DNA from: Lingula anatina
Taxonomy: Eukaryota; Animalia; Brachiopoda
Direction: 5' to 3'
DNA: 64,000 bases
NCBI GenBank assembly: GCA_051362555.1
Contig: CM120647.1
Coordinates: forward strand, 124,001-188,000
Each line of letters starts with the position of its first letter. Positions within the stretch are counted from its first letter, which is position 1. Positions 42,585 through 63,751 of this stretch are shown piece after piece. The position numbers and the translations under genes are program-made. Under the pieces are notes generated by a model, which ran no database searches, was not told where the DNA came from, and saw nothing but the letters and a program-made list of their open reading frames with translations.

Positions 42585-42680
42585 GATATTTGTATGTTTA
42601 AAAATGCAATTTGAAAATGTGGATTGTATGATCTTTCAGTGTACATACATATAGTGTATATATTGCAAATGTGATGTTAC

Positions 42681-42718
<38 letters not shown>

Positions 42719-42730
42719 TAAAATGCGGAG

Positions 42731-43556
42731 TGTTGCCGACACGGCAGAAATTATATACGTTATCATTTTTATTTTATATTTTCCACGCTGTTCTTATGTT
42801 TATTTATATTGTGTTAGAGAAGACACTAGAACACTGCTCAATATTAAGTAACATCTATTCATCTAGTCATGTGATGAACTGTATAAAAGCCGATGTTGCA
42901 TGTACTCTGCGCGGTCATTTATATACTTACTGGCAGAGTTTAGGTATGTTACGATATTACGTGTAGATTGTGTAAAATTTATGTGTTTAATAAAGTGTAA
43001 TTCACTTATATAGAGATATTTTGTGTAGTTTACAAAAGTTTACATAAGTTTACTTAAGTTTAATCAGTAACCTAAGTTATGAGCATCGTGTTTATTAAAG
43101 TTTATGTTAGTATGGGTGTGGCATTTTCATGACCAACACGCACATGTATATTTATATTATCAAATAAATTTACAGTACCAGCTCAGATTGCTATGGCCGT
43201 ATCTGAGCAGCCAGTTGCTAGCGGAGAAAGCGAGTCTGGATATTGTTCTAGTGTGAGTGTTTTGAAATTAAATAATAAATAGTAAAAACTTACACACATG
43301 CAAAGATCAATTATTTGTTGTTAAGATCACATGAATTAAGTTGTTTATTATATCTAGTTTATTTATCTTTATTTCACTGTATTGTTATTATTATTTTTTC
43401 TTTTTCTTTTCTTTTTATAGTTTTCACCAGTTTTGTCCAGTTTCTGTTCAGTTTTTTGTTCAGTTTCTGTTCAGATTCTGTTCAGTTCTGTTCACTGCGT
43501 GAATAAACGGCAGTATTATCCAATGGTGTTGCTTCATTTACTCGTGGTCCGCTACA
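42731..43556 (+). repeat. 3' LTR of BEL/Pao element 2
   Basis: Direct repeat of 36411-37236. Confidence 0.95.
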
Positions 43557-43911
43557 GTCAGTAATAACAACTGTGGTGAAGGTCTCTGATCATGCATACC
43601 TAACACTGGGAGGACACGTTTCAAAACTTTTAGGTTTAAGATAATTTAGATATGTTCAACAAAACCATAAAACCTATAGTGATATATAAATCTTATAAGC
43701 ACACGCGCGTTACTGAACTGAAAAAATACTTTAGGCAATTAAAGCAATTTTGTAGTCCGTTATACTCGGCAACATAACAATAAATTTTTAGCAACAACAA
43801 AGCCACAAATAATACACGATTCGCAGGTAATAAAAAAAGTTTACAGTTTTTATATGATAGGAAGGATTCAGGGATTTTGTTAAACAAATGATGTCCCCGT
43901 TGCACAGCTTG

Positions 43912-45595
43912 TTTGTAAGTACCGGTTTCAGTGGGACAGGCCATGTGTAAGTACCGGGTTCAGTCTGACAGCTCATGTGTAAGTACCGGTTTAAGTGGGA
44001 CAGTTCGTATGTAAGTATCGGGTTCAGTGGGACAGCCCATGTGTAAATACCAGGTTCAGTGGAACAGCTCATGTGTTAGTACCAAGTTCAGTGGGACAGC
44101 TCATATGTAAGTACCAGGTTTAGTGGGACATCTCATTTGTAAGTACCAGGTTAAGTGGGACAGCTCATGTGTAAATACCGGGTTCAGTCTGACAGCTCAT
44201 GTGTAAGTACCGGTTTCACTGGAACAGTTCATATATAAGTATCGGGTTCAATGGGACAGGTCATGTGTAAGTACCAGTTTCAGTGGAACTGTTCGTATGT
44301 AAGTATCGGGTTCAGTGGGACAGCTCATGTGTAAGGACCAGGTTCAGTGGGACAGCTCATGTGTAAATACCGGGTTCAGTTGGACAGCTCATGTGTAAAT
44401 ACCGGGTTCATTGGGACAGCTCATGTGTAAGTACCTGGTTCAGTGGGACAGCTCATGTGTAAGTACAGGGTTCAGTGGGACAGCTCATGTGTTAGTACCA
44501 GGTTCAGTGGGACAGCTCATATGTAAGTACCAGGTTTAGTGGGACATCTCATATGTAAGTACCAGGTATAGTGGGACAGCTCATGTGTAAGTATCGGGTT
44601 CAGTGGGACAGCTCATGTGTTAGTACCAGGTTCAGTGGGACAGCCTATGTGTAAGTACCGGTTTCAGTGGGACAGTTCATATGTAAGTATCATTTTCAGT
44701 GGGACAGCTCATGTGTAAGTACCGGTTTCAGTGGGACAGTTCGTATGTAAGTATCGTTTTCAGTGGGACAGCTCATATGTAAGTACCAGGTTTAGTGGGA
44801 CAGCTCATATGTAAGTACCAGGTTTAGTGGGACATCTCATATGTAAGTACCAGGTATAGTGGGACAGCTCATGTGTAAGTATCGGGTTCAGTGGGACAGC
44901 TCATGTGTTAGTACCAGGTTCAGTGGGACAGCTTATGTGTAAGTACCGGTTTCAGTGGGACAGTTCATATGTAAGTATCATTTTCAGTGGGACAGCTCAT
45001 GTGTAAGTACCGGTTTCAGTGGGACAGTTCGTATGTAAGTATCGTTTTCAGTGGGACAGCTCATATGTAAGTACCAGGTTTAGTGGGACAGCTCATATGT
45101 AAGTACCAGGTATAGTGGGACAGCTCATGTGTAAATACCGGGTTCAGTGGGACAGCTCATGTGTTAGTACCAGGTTCAGTGGGACAGCTCATATGTAAGT
45201 ACCAGGTTTAGTGGGACATCTCATATGTAAGTACCAGGTTCAGTGGGACAGCTCATGTGTAAATACCAGGTTTAGTGGGACAGCTCATATGTAAGTACCA
45301 GGTTTAGTGGGACAGCTCATGTGTTAGAACCCGGTTCAGTGGGACAGCTCATATGTATGTACAAGTTTTAGTGGGACAGCTCATATGTAAGTACCAGGTT
45401 TAGTGGGACAACTCGTGTAAGTACCGGGTTCAGTGGGACAGCTCATGTGTAAGTACCTGGTTCAGTGGGACAGCTCATGTGTAAGTACCGGTGTCAGTGG
45501 GACAGTTCGTATGTAAGTACCTGGTTCAGTGGGACAGCTCATGTGTTAGTACCAGGTTCAGTGGGACAGCTCATGTGTAAGTACCGGGTTCAGTG
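43912..45595 (+). repeat. 32-bp minisatellite, ~52 copies
   Basis: Unit CAGTGGGACAGCTCATGTGTAAGTACCGGGTT. Confidence 0.95.
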
Positions 45596-46501
45596 CTGTT
45601 TATTTACTTTATTCATTTTATGCTAGTATACCTTGTAAAGTCTGCTGAACATTATTTACTGATTAAGACTGTAAAGCAATATTATATTTAAATCAAAATA
45701 TATATAATGCCATTTCATGTAATTTGACATTTCTTGTGCTCAAATCGAACTTGGAAGTTAGATAAACCATTCATGGGACAGCGAAAAAAAGTAAATGAGC
45801 TGGAAGATGTAAAATACATGCTACTTAATAATAATTTCTTCGCCGGTGGTATCTTTGACATCAATACGTAACATTAGCTTGCTGACATTTATTGAGTTGA
45901 TTTCACTAGTGTCAGCTTTCTGGCGGGAAGCGGTGATGTTCTGACTTGCAGTCTGGGCTTGGTACAGATAGAATAGCGTCATGTTGACTTTGCCGGGTGT
46001 TTCCTGTCTCTAGCAGTAGCTAATGCACTGCAAACATCCGCAATTTTTTATTGATGTGGTTACCTGAGGGGGAAATATAAGAACGTTTATATGTACCATT
46101 CCAACTCCGTGTTTAAATCTTGGCAATACTATAAAAGGTGAACAGTGAGCCAGTAAAGAGACAGTTTGAAGGCTGCATGGGGAGTGACGCTACACATTGG
46201 AATTGATTGCTTCTTTTTTCATTTTGTTAACCAACATATCGATGATTTCCGTGTCAAACTAACACACAGGCGGTAAAAGCCCGAATCAGGCTTTCTTATT
46301 GGGATTAAAAGAAGAAAGTATTTGCCTTCCGGTGTTATTCCGCCACAGCGGCGTTCATGACATAAACAGTCTGTTTAATAAGGCAGTTGTCATCGGCTTT
46401 CCGGGAAAGTAGCCAATAATCTGGTTAATACGTTAGTTTTCCAACTCTGCCGGTGCCTTGGTCTGAAATCCGATAAATCTGGTTAGTTCTCTCAACCTGC
46501 C

Positions 46502-53120
<6,619 letters not shown>

Positions 53121-53564
53121 AGATAATCCATGGTCTACCAATACTCACGTGACACACAACCCGTGCTTGTGCCACTACGAGTTTGTTTGCAGTCCTAAAA
53201 TTACTTCCGGCGATTTTATTTGTGACGATCGTATTGATTTTAATTCACTGCTTAAACAGGAAGAACGAGATAACTTCGATTGATTATAATGAATTGCATG
53301 TATATAATTGTCATTAACTTCACTGGCAGTAATATCTTGGCCTTCCTATACAAAGTATATCAGAGGTATTTTAATGGTTTTGTTCCCTATATTCAGCGTG
53401 GAAACTGTCTGTTTCATTTCAGACAAACATTAAGCTTAAATTGCTGATGTTTCAATAAACTATTCTTTTAAACTCTCATTTGGTTTGTTCCAAACCCCAA
53501 CGAAAAGCCAAAATTGTTGGAGAATCCAAACCTTAACGATAATGAAAAGGTAGGCACACGGTCT

Positions 53565-53612
<48 letters not shown>

Positions 53613-54329
53613 GCATACTTGTCTATGTGTACCAACCGAGGACATCAGCACAACACCATACAACCGAGGACATCTTATTCCTTGGTTAAATCAAAATAAA
53701 AACATTCAATTTAGGGTAAAATCTAATCGAGTATGAATGTTATAAATTAATTTTTTATAAAAACTAATTTTTTGCTGACAAGAATTTTACATTCTAACCG
53801 AGGACACACACAGACACACACACGGACAGACACTACACATTGCAACCGAGGACATGCATGCATCTACATGTAATAATGATTGTACTTTTAATGCAAAGCA
53901 AAATTTATATAGCGTTACTTTGCAGCAATTCACATTTTTATGAAATTCTTTCATATTTAAGGTAAATTCCAAAATAACACCAGAGGTGATGATTAAGTGA
54001 ACAGTTATACAATATTTAATGCTGGGCTTTGCCACTTTTTTAGAATTGAAGATTATGAGATAAAACATCAATTAATTTAGGAAAAGAAAGGATACTGATG
54101 AAATAAAATAAAAGAACAAAGAAATTCGTTTTCAAACATTTTTTTTTCATAATGTTTATTTTCTATTTAGCACTCTTTTATTATCATGAATTTTGTATTT
54201 TGATAACACAAAGTGTCGTCCATTGGATACAGACTTGAACAGTACACAATTTTACAATTGAGGACATCATGCCAGCAGCACCCAAAATTGTGCTTTCTTC
54301 CAATTTGATGCAATATTATATAATGCTTA

Positions 54330-57300
54330 ACAGCATAATGATCATCAATTTTTTATAATAAAATATTAGTATCATGAATATTCAGAAAATGTGACTAGCA
54401 AAGGTTTTCAGGTTCATGGAACTCCAAAGTCATACTTTGAAAATGCTAAATGTATACAAGAGAGCACTGTACTGAAATGGGTTTCTTTCCATTTTTAACT
54501 TTTTTACATAAAATAATACAGTTTACTGCCATTTCACATGATCAACTAAGAAAATTGTTGAGATGGCAAAAATATCAATATAAGAAGTTTAAATGTCCAA
54601 TTTCCTCCATTCCGAACATTGTGAATGATTGAATCTGACAAACTACAATGATACGAGTTAATTTCCATTTTGGCACTTTTTTTACACAATACAAGATAAC
54701 AGGTTTACCACCATTTTTATATAATCAACTAGCAATATTGTAAAGACGCAGAAATTGTCAAACAACCCATTTTACATATCTAGTAAATTCAATAATGAGA
54801 CTGTTTACATGCCTGACAATCAAATCTGAGGAAAACCACTTATATACAAATAAAAGCTGAAGTCCCTCAAAACTCAACCAATCAATCTTATTTTTAAATT
54901 TGATTTGTATATAGATAACATTGATCACTCTTGTGAGTTTAATGACAACAGGCCTATCGGTTCTCCCTGAAATGTGCTTACAGTGTTACTAATATGCTTT
55001 TACTAATAATCATCAGTTCTGTGAGTTTCATGAAAACAGGCTTTAAGTTATTGGTTCTCCCTGAAATGTGCTTACAGTGTTACATATATGCTGAAAAAAA
55101 AAAAGAAAAAAACAGCATAACATTTGAAAGAAAAGGGCCTGGTCTTGCTGATTTTCAATCTTGACCATTCTTTTACTAATAATCATCAGTTCTGTGAGTT
55201 TCATGAAAACAGGCTTATTGGTTCTCCTTGAAATATGTTAACAGTGTTGCATGTACACTGAAAAAAGGAGAAAAAATGCAAAACTTTTGAAAATAATCAC
55301 CCCATTTCCTCCATTTTGAGACACTGTATTACACAGTACATGATAACATGTTTACCGTCATATTTATATAATCAACTAGCAATGTTGTAAAGATGCAGAC
55401 AATTTCAGAGAAACACTAACATATTTACATATCTAGTTAATTCAATAACGAAACTGTCAACATGCCTGACAATCAAATCTGAGGAAAACCACTTATATAC
55501 AAATAAAAGCTGAAGTCCCTCAGAACTCAACCAATCTATCTTATTTTTAAATTTGATTTGTATATAGATAACATTGATCACTCTTGTGAGTTTAATGACA
55601 ACAGGCCTATCGGTTCTCCCTGAAATGTGCTTACAGTGTTACTTATATGCTGAAAAAAAACAGCATAAAATTTGAAAGAAAAGGGCCTGGTCATGCTGAT
55701 TTTCAATCTTGACCATTCTTTTACTCATAATAATCAGTTCTGTGAGTTTCATGAAAACAGGCTTTAAGTTATTGGTTCATCCTGAAATGTGCTTACAGTG
55801 TTACTTATATGCTTAAAAAAAACAGCATAACATTTGAAAGAAAAGGGCCTGGTCATGCTGATTTTCAATGTTGACCATTCTTTTACTAAGGGCCCCTTTA
55901 CACTGGACGGCGTCCTTTCTGCGTCCAGCAGTACGGCCCCATTTGAGAGTTAAAAAATTATAATACTTTACGTGCCGACAACTGGCCGATCATTGAGCAT
56001 TCATTCTGATACAAAATCAATGCTCGTGCCTTTTTATTAAGACCACAGCGATGCCAAATTTCATGGTCGCAGAAAGGACGCAGAAAGGACGCCGTCCAGT
56101 GTAAAGGGGGTATAATAATCATCAGTTCTGTGAGTTTCATGAAAACAGGCTTATTGGTTCTCCTCGAAATGTGCTTACAGTGTTACATATATGCTGAAAA
56201 AAACCAGCATAACATTTGAAAGAAAAGGGCCTGGTCATGCTGATTTTCAATCTTGATCATTCTTTTTAATTTACTAATAATCATCAGTTCTCTGAGTTTC
56301 ATGAAAACAGGCCTATTGGTTCTCCTTGAAGTGTGTTTACAGTGTTGCATGTACACTGAAAAAAGGAGAAAAAAAATGCAAAACTTTTGAAAATAATCAC
56401 CCCATTTCCTCCATTTTGAGACACTGTATTACACAGTACATGATAACATGTTTACTGTCATATTTATTTAATCAACTAGCAATGTTGTAAAGATGCAGAA
56501 AATTTCAGACAAACACTAACATATTTACATATCTAGTTAGTTCAATAACGAAACTGTCAACATGCCTGACAATCAAAACTGAGGAAAACCACTTATATAC
56601 AAATAAAAGCTGAAGTCCCTCAAAACTCAACCAATCAATCTTATTTTTATACTTGATTTGTATATAGATAACATTGATTACTCCTGTGAGTTTCATGAAA
56701 ACAGGCTTATTGGTTCTCCTTGAAATGTGCTTACAGTGTTACATATATGCTGAAAAAAAACAGCATAACATTTGAAAGAAAAGGGCCTGGTCATGCTGAT
56801 TTTCAATCTTGACCATTCTTTTACTTATAATCATCAGTTCTGTGAGTTTTATGAAAAGCCTACTCTGAAGTATCGAATAAAAGTACTGATGGAATAAAAG
56901 TACTGGGTGGAAAAAATCTCAAAATTTAATAAAAGTACTGATGGAATAAAAGTACTGGGTGGAAAAAATCTCGAAATTTAATAAAAGTACTGGATGGAAT
57001 AAAAGTACTGGGTGGAAAAAACCTTTACACCGCTCCCCCCCCCCCCCAAAAAAAAAAAAAAATGAAATAAATAAATAAAAGTAAAGAAGAAGAAGAGAAA
57101 GAAACAAGGCAGCAAAGCTGTCAAATGTACAGACAAAAACCAGAAAATAAAAACGCAGGAAATAGGATACTGTCAATTCTGATGAACTAATGTATTATGC
57201 TAACTGTAAATGCATAGCCAAAATCAAATTCTTATTCTGCATAACATTGGATTAGGATGAAAGTAAAATGTGTATCAAGCATTAGACTAAGTTCCCATAC

Positions 57301-57595
57301 CTAGATCAATCTAACAGGATCAATCCAACTCCAAGGGGTTTCTCACTAAATTGCTTTCAGTTTGAGAGTCTTAGGATTCTGGCATGCCAGTTTCAGTAGG
57401 CGTGACAGACAACTAAGCCACTTACATTGATTGCAATTTAGCGAGAATTCCCATGGAGATAGATCGATCCACAGTTAGCGTGATAGGGTCTGGAAATAGT
57501 CCCTAAGGTGTCAGGCTGATAAGAGTTAAACTTTGGAAATGCCAGAATGAGGTACAGTGAAAATTAAACACAAAAAAAAATTGCTTAAACTCATT

Positions 57596-57667
<72 letters not shown>

Positions 57668-59457
57668 TTTTTTTTTTTTGCTGTATGTCAATCCTAAGAA
57701 TCATTCTTGTAACTTAACAAAATACAGAAAATGTTACAAAGTAAGAGTACAGGGCTCCTGGCAGATGGGAGTGATAAGTCACGACTTGAAAATGCCAGTA
57801 TAGCACTCTATAAACCTGCATTGCCTCCAAAACAGAAAACAATCACACTGGTTTTCAAACACAAGCTGCACTTCTGTCTTATGAAACTTTTCAGTAAGTT
57901 TCAGTATCGTAAGTAACATGGTTTTCCCTTAACCGCTATCCTGGCAGCAGTGTCCAAAATAGGGTTTTCTTCAACTTTCATGCAATAAACCATAATACTT
58001 AACAGCATAATGACCATCAAATTTTTTATAAAAAAATAAAAGTATCATGAATATTCAGAAAATGTGATTTGGGAAGGTCTTCAAGGCCATGGAAGTTCAG
58101 AGTCACACTTTCAAAATGCCAAAACGTAAACAAGAGATAACTGTACTGAAATGATTTTCTTACCATTTTCAACGCCTTCTTTAAAACAAAATAATCAATA
58201 AACTGTCATTTTTAAATGTTCAACTAGGAAAATTGTTGACATAGGAAAAATATCAATAGAACAATTTTCAATGTCCAATTTGCTCCATTTGCAGATGCTG
58301 AACATAGTGAATGATTAAATCTGACAAACTGCAATGATGAGTTCCTTTCCATTTATGATACTTTATTACACAATGCACAATATTATAACAGGTTTACCGT
58401 CATTTTTATATAATCAACAATATTGTTAAGAAGCAGAAAATGTCAAAACAACACTTTTACATATCTTATTAGTTCCATAATGAGACTTAACATGCCTAAG
58501 AATTAAATCTGAAGAAATAACAATTATATACAAAAATACAGAAAATGCACAGCACTTCTGGTGGATGGGAGTAAAAAATCACATCTTGAAGATGCTAGTG
58601 TTTGAAAAATAATTTAAAAAAAAAAAATTTAAAAAAAAACGTAAAAAATTCCAATAAAGCTGCTATTCAAACTTTTAATCTAGCTGTATTAACTTGATAT
58701 TAATAACCCCACCAAGTTTGAGAAAAATAAAGCACTGTTATTCATCTATAGCATGTTGGCATAACACATTCTTTTTGTTGTAAATTTATTTGCAATGTTT
58801 AACACCATTTATCTGCACAATTATCACCAAATCCTAATTTTGTGACACAGTTAAGAGAGCTAAACCTATGGGACTTTACAGGGAAATCTCAAGGAGTGTT
58901 TTATGTAATCTCATTTAATGGCCAATTGAAAATTAATGAGTAGGCAAGTGACTTTATAGACCTTAATTTAATTAGTGATCACCCAAGGGACAATTTTATA
59001 GACTGCCATCCATACAGTACCATCATATAGCACAAAGGTGTTGCATACATGCTGAAAAAAGTGAAAAACAGCATTACTTCCCTAAAAATGACCCAATCAC
59101 ACTGATTTTCAAACTTGACCTGCGTATTATGAATATTCATCAGTTCTGTAAGTTTGAAACCAAAAGGTAAAATGGTTTTCCACTTATCGTGTTATCGGTG
59201 CTGCATATATGCTGAAAAAAGTGAAAAAACAGCATAAATTCCCTATAAGTGACCCGATCATGCTGATTTTCGAACTTGACCTGCGTATTACGAATATTCA
59301 TCAGTTCTGTAAGTTTCAAGCCAAAAGAAAAAACAGTTTTCCACTTATCGTGTTATCGGTAAAAGTGCACGGCGACGGCGACGACGGCGACAGCGACGGC
59401 GACGACAGACGCAGATGACGGCTATATGTACAGACACATCTGTGTCTGTACATAAAA
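54330..59457 (+). mobile_element. Composite of tandem ~130-160-bp core repeats ending in a GAC/GGC microsatellite and hairpin; resembles pearl/DINE-like non-autonomous Helentrons
   Basis: Recurrent ATCATCAGTTCTGTGAGTTTCATGAAAACAGG and TGCTGATTTTCAA(T/A)CTTGACC blocks; 14-bp-stem palindrome TATGTACAGACACA-TC-TGTGTCTGTACATA at 59425-59454. Confidence 0.5.
55890..56112. mobile_element. Harbinger/Tourist-like MITE, TSD TAA
   Basis: CCCCTTTACACTGGACGGCGTCCTTTCTGCGTCC inverted at both ends; interrupts the core sequence TTTTACTAATAATCATC. Confidence 0.8.
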
Positions 59458-60219
59458 AGCTAGCTATTGATCATTGTAAAAAAAAAAAAAAAAATCACCA
59501 GGTAAAATTCACTCAGTATTAAAACTTATCTTAAAAACGGGATGAGTTAAATTTCATAATTGTCAGGGGCCGAAGACCCAGATATATCGCACCTAAGCCG
59601 CCTCCGAGAGCCATACGGTTCATACTAGTAAATTTATTCTCAGATATAAGGTTCGTTTTGCATTCCTGTAAACTCCTAAGGGTTTATCTTACATAGAAAT
59701 GTGATTTAACATCGTTTAAATCATAAATCGGCATGAAATAATTGACGTTTGAAAACAGACACAACTTCTTTGCTGCACTTGAAATGACCTCCTTAGCTAT
59801 AAATATGATCCTATCACATTGCGACATTGCATCATTCGATCGATATACATGAGTAGTTGTCACTGCTGAAGGGAAGGCACGTCTATTTATAGAAACTGAA
59901 ATCAGGTGACGCATTGTACTGTTGTGTTCAGAGAGCGACTTCCGCTTGACCTACTTTCCAGTTCTGTTTGTGGAACAGTAGGTAATGAGTTGAGATCTCG
60001 ATTTTCTTCTCATTATACTTCAATTTAAGAAAATAAAAAGCGTGACTTGTACTTGTGTAATTTCCCACCGGTACAATAGGTATTTAATAAACATACCGGG
60101 TGGAAGATTTTTGAAAAATTAATAAGCGTAGGCTACTGGGTGAAAATGGAGCGTACCGGCGGGAAGAAATTTGGAAAATTAATTAACGTACCGGTACGTT
60201 TATTTGATACTTCAGAGTA
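56861..60219. mobile_element. Possible TA-flanked TIR element (TACTCTGAAGTATC.AATAAA ends)
   Basis: Inverted termini at 56861 and 60219 with related subterminal repeats; flanks do not rejoin cleanly. Confidence 0.5.
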
Positions 60220-60711
60220 GGAGAGCTTAATTTGATAAAAAAAGACCTTTAGTTTAAAAATATGAACTTACTGAATATATAGACATCTGAGATATAACAT
60301 TAGTTTCAGTTTAGTCTGCCCTTTACAGCACAACCGAGGACGCGGAATTTGGTCCGCCCTTTACAGCACAACCGAGGACGCGTGTGTATAGCCCGATTTC
60401 AGACAAAAAGTTGGACAGTATTTCTGATACACTCGTGGCGGGAATTTGGCCCGCGCTATACAGCATAACCGAGGACTGGCTCAGAATAGCGTCAAATTTC
60501 ACCACCTAACTTGAAATGGGCCCCTTTATGCATTCCACTGCTTATGTCAACCGAGGACGTCCTCGGTTGGAGGTGTGTCCTCGGTTAGTGGGTTTCGGGC
60601 GGGTGTGTGTCCTCGGTTAGAATGCGTGCACAAGAGCACGCACACACACACACACACACACGCGAGCGCGCAGTGTGCATTTCTAGACATACGATCCGCT
60701 CTGTCCCCCCT

Positions 60712-60777
<66 letters not shown>

Positions 60778-62592
60778 ACAGTGCGCATTTTTAGACACTG
60801 TCGTTCCGTTTATAAAAAATACAAAATGGCTGCAAATTTATGGAATTCTATGGAAATATATTCATACCTAAATTGATTTTCATCAAAGAATTTTTTTTAT
60901 TTTTAGATTTTCACATCCTCATTTACCATATAATACATTTCTGGCAAGGAACAAACGTTTTTCCTTCAACTTTTTGAAAAAATCCAAGATGGCTGCCATA
61001 TTCCATAGAAAACCATGGGAGTACGTCAGTGTTTTCCACATCTTTGTTAGCCACATAATATGTGTGTGGTGAGTAGTTTACATGCGTTTTTGGACATTTG
61101 AGAAATTCCAACATGGCCGCCATGTGCCAAAGGAATATTAGTACACGAAGGTATCAACTAATGGCAACTAAAAGAAGCATTTCCGTTTTCACATTATGAG
61201 TGTTTTCCACATCCTAACTACCCTGTGTTTTTTGTCAAATTGGAAGCCATCTGGCATTATATTTGAAAAATATTGACGTTGCATACGTAGCTAAGTTCAT
61301 GGGGCTTACTTTGAAACCGGTTTTGTTACTCTTAACTCAATTCTAGTTGGCTCTACAAGGCCAAAAGTGTCTAACTGGGCCAACTTGCCCCGGTCCCCCC
61401 TACTTGTAGTAGTTCAAAGGGTTGGAACTAATGCAAGCCAGGAAAAAACATTATCCACTATCAAATTCAGTTTGTTTTTCAATAAAGTTATGCATATTTT
61501 TCTATAGAATTTCATAAAGGTTACGGCTCTAGAGGGCTATGGCTCTGGAAAGATTTAGAATGTCAAAAGGTAACCACATGCCAAACTTGGTGCTTTTATC
61601 CGCCGTGTCACGATATGGCCATTTTTTCCCCTAAGCCAATAAAATAATAATAGGCAGCGTCGCCAGCAGGAGTCTGTGTGACAGGGTTATCAGTTACAGT
61701 ACGTGTCACTGGGTATGTTTGGCGACAAAAACCCACTCACGCTACATCCCTTGGGTCTGTATGGGTAGAATCATAGGTTTAATCAACAAGCTGAACTGTT
61801 CTCACCTCAAATCAAATCGGCATGCTTTCGTATGTCTTTTACTTAAAGGATTTCAATCAATATATTGTATTTTAGTCCTGTTTTTATTGATCTTATTACA
61901 AAATACAATGTGTGTTTGCATATGTGTATATTTTATAAGCGAATATTTTATCTTTTTCCCTCCCTGAGACGGCCAATGTATAAATGATAAGAGTTGTGCT
62001 GGTTTGTGCTGCCACAGTGATAGATGGTGCCACCTCGCCTAGGGTCGAGACCTTATGAGACTACACTGTAAGTGGTTCAATTATCATTCCCGGGCACTGA
62101 TGATTTACGACACAGAAATATCCTCGGTCGATCATTTACACAGCAACACGGATTTTCAAACTTCATCTTTCATCTTGAGGGTTCATTGCTTATTCACCAT
62201 TGTTATCTTACAATTATACAAATAATACCCGTTATGTCAGTCTGCAATTAGGACCCTTCAGAATGTGTCCATAAATTTGTAAACAGAATGAAGTCATCTA
62301 CAACCACAATGCTAATGAAACATATTAATAAATAAATCTGTAAGGAGAAAACCAGTCAACTACAAATAATAAACGAGCCCGGCGAATCTGGCAAATTAAG
62401 TTGTTGGATGTGTAAGCTGAAATGCAGTCTATTTGCTACAAGTGCCCCGTAATGGTGGGTGTGTAAAACAGAATAATCTTAAGCCTACGGAGTTTCTTAA
62501 ATAATAAATCGTTCAAAAATAATAAAAACATTCTTCTCGTCATGAACTAGCTATATTGGACCAAACGCGTGCGATTTATTATACGGTATAAC

Positions 62593-63751
62593 AAAGTCCA
62601 CTCACTCTCTTTCAGTCCACTGTATATCACTATATCCAGCCAAAGTTCACTCACTCTCTTCAGTCCACTGTATATTACTATATCCAGCCAAAGTCCACTC
62701 ACTCTCTTTCAGTCCACTGTATATCACTATATCCAGCCAAAGTTCACTCACTCTCTTCAGTCCACTGTATATTACTATATCCAGCCAAAGTCCACTCACT
62801 CTCTTTCAGTCCACTGTATATCACAATATATAGCCAAAGTCCACTCACTTTCTTTCAGTCCACTGTATATCACTATATCCAGCCAAAGTTCACTCACTCT
62901 CTTCAGTCCACTGTATATCACTATATCCAGCCAAAGTCAACTCACTCTCTTTCAGTCCACTGTATATCACAATATATAGCCATAGTCCACTCACTCTCTT
63001 TCAGTCCACTGTATATCACTATATCCAGCCAAAGTCCACTCACTCTCTTTCAGTCCACTGTATATCACTATATCCAGCCAAAGTCCACTCACTCTCTTTC
63101 AGTCCACTGTATATCACTATATCCAGCCAAAGTCCACTCACTCTTTTTCAGTCCACTGTATATCACTATATCCAGCCAAAGTCCACTCACTCTCTTCAGT
63201 CCACTGTATATCACTATATCCAGCCAAAGTCCACTCACTCTCTTTCAGTCCACTGTATATCACTTTGTCCAGCCAAAGTCCACTCACTTTCTTTCAGTCC
63301 ACTGTATATCACTATATCCAGCCAAAGTCCACTCACTCTCTTTCAGTCCACTGTATATCACTTTGTCCAGCCAAAGTCCACTCACTTTCTTTCAGTCCAC
63401 TGTATATCACTATATCCAGCCAAAGTCAACTCACTCTCTTTCAGTCCACTGTATATCACTATATCCAGCCAAAGTCCACTCACTTTCTTTCAGTCCACTG
63501 TATATCACTTTGTCCAGCCAAAGTCCACTCACTCTCTTTCAGTCCACTGTATATCATTATTTCCAGCCAAAGTCCACTCACTCTCTTTCAGTCCACTGTA
63601 TATCACTATATCCAGTCAAAGTCCACTCACTCTCTTTCAGTCCACTGTATATCACTTTGTCCAGCCAAAGTCCACTCACTCTCTTTCAGTCCACTGTATA
63701 TCATTATTTCCAGCCAAAGTCCACTCACTCTCTTTCAGTCCACTGTATATC
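62593..63751 (-). repeat. 47-49-bp minisatellite, ~24 copies, each carrying a minus-strand donor-like GA|GTGAGT
   Basis: Plus-strand unit AGTCCACTGTATATCACTATATCCAGCCAAAGTCCACTCACTCTCTTTC. Confidence 0.94.

Larger units (their letters stand above)
36411..43556 (+). mobile_element. BEL/Pao LTR retrotransposon 2, full length, TSD GTCAG
   Basis: 826-bp TG...CA LTRs (36411-37236, 42731-43556), only 2 adjacent mismatches seen; GTCAG at 36406-36410 and 43557-43561. Confidence 0.97.

Noticed and set aside
36410-43506. Duplicated small ORFs at 36410/42730 and 36995/43315
   Set aside because: Chance ORFs inside the two LTRs.
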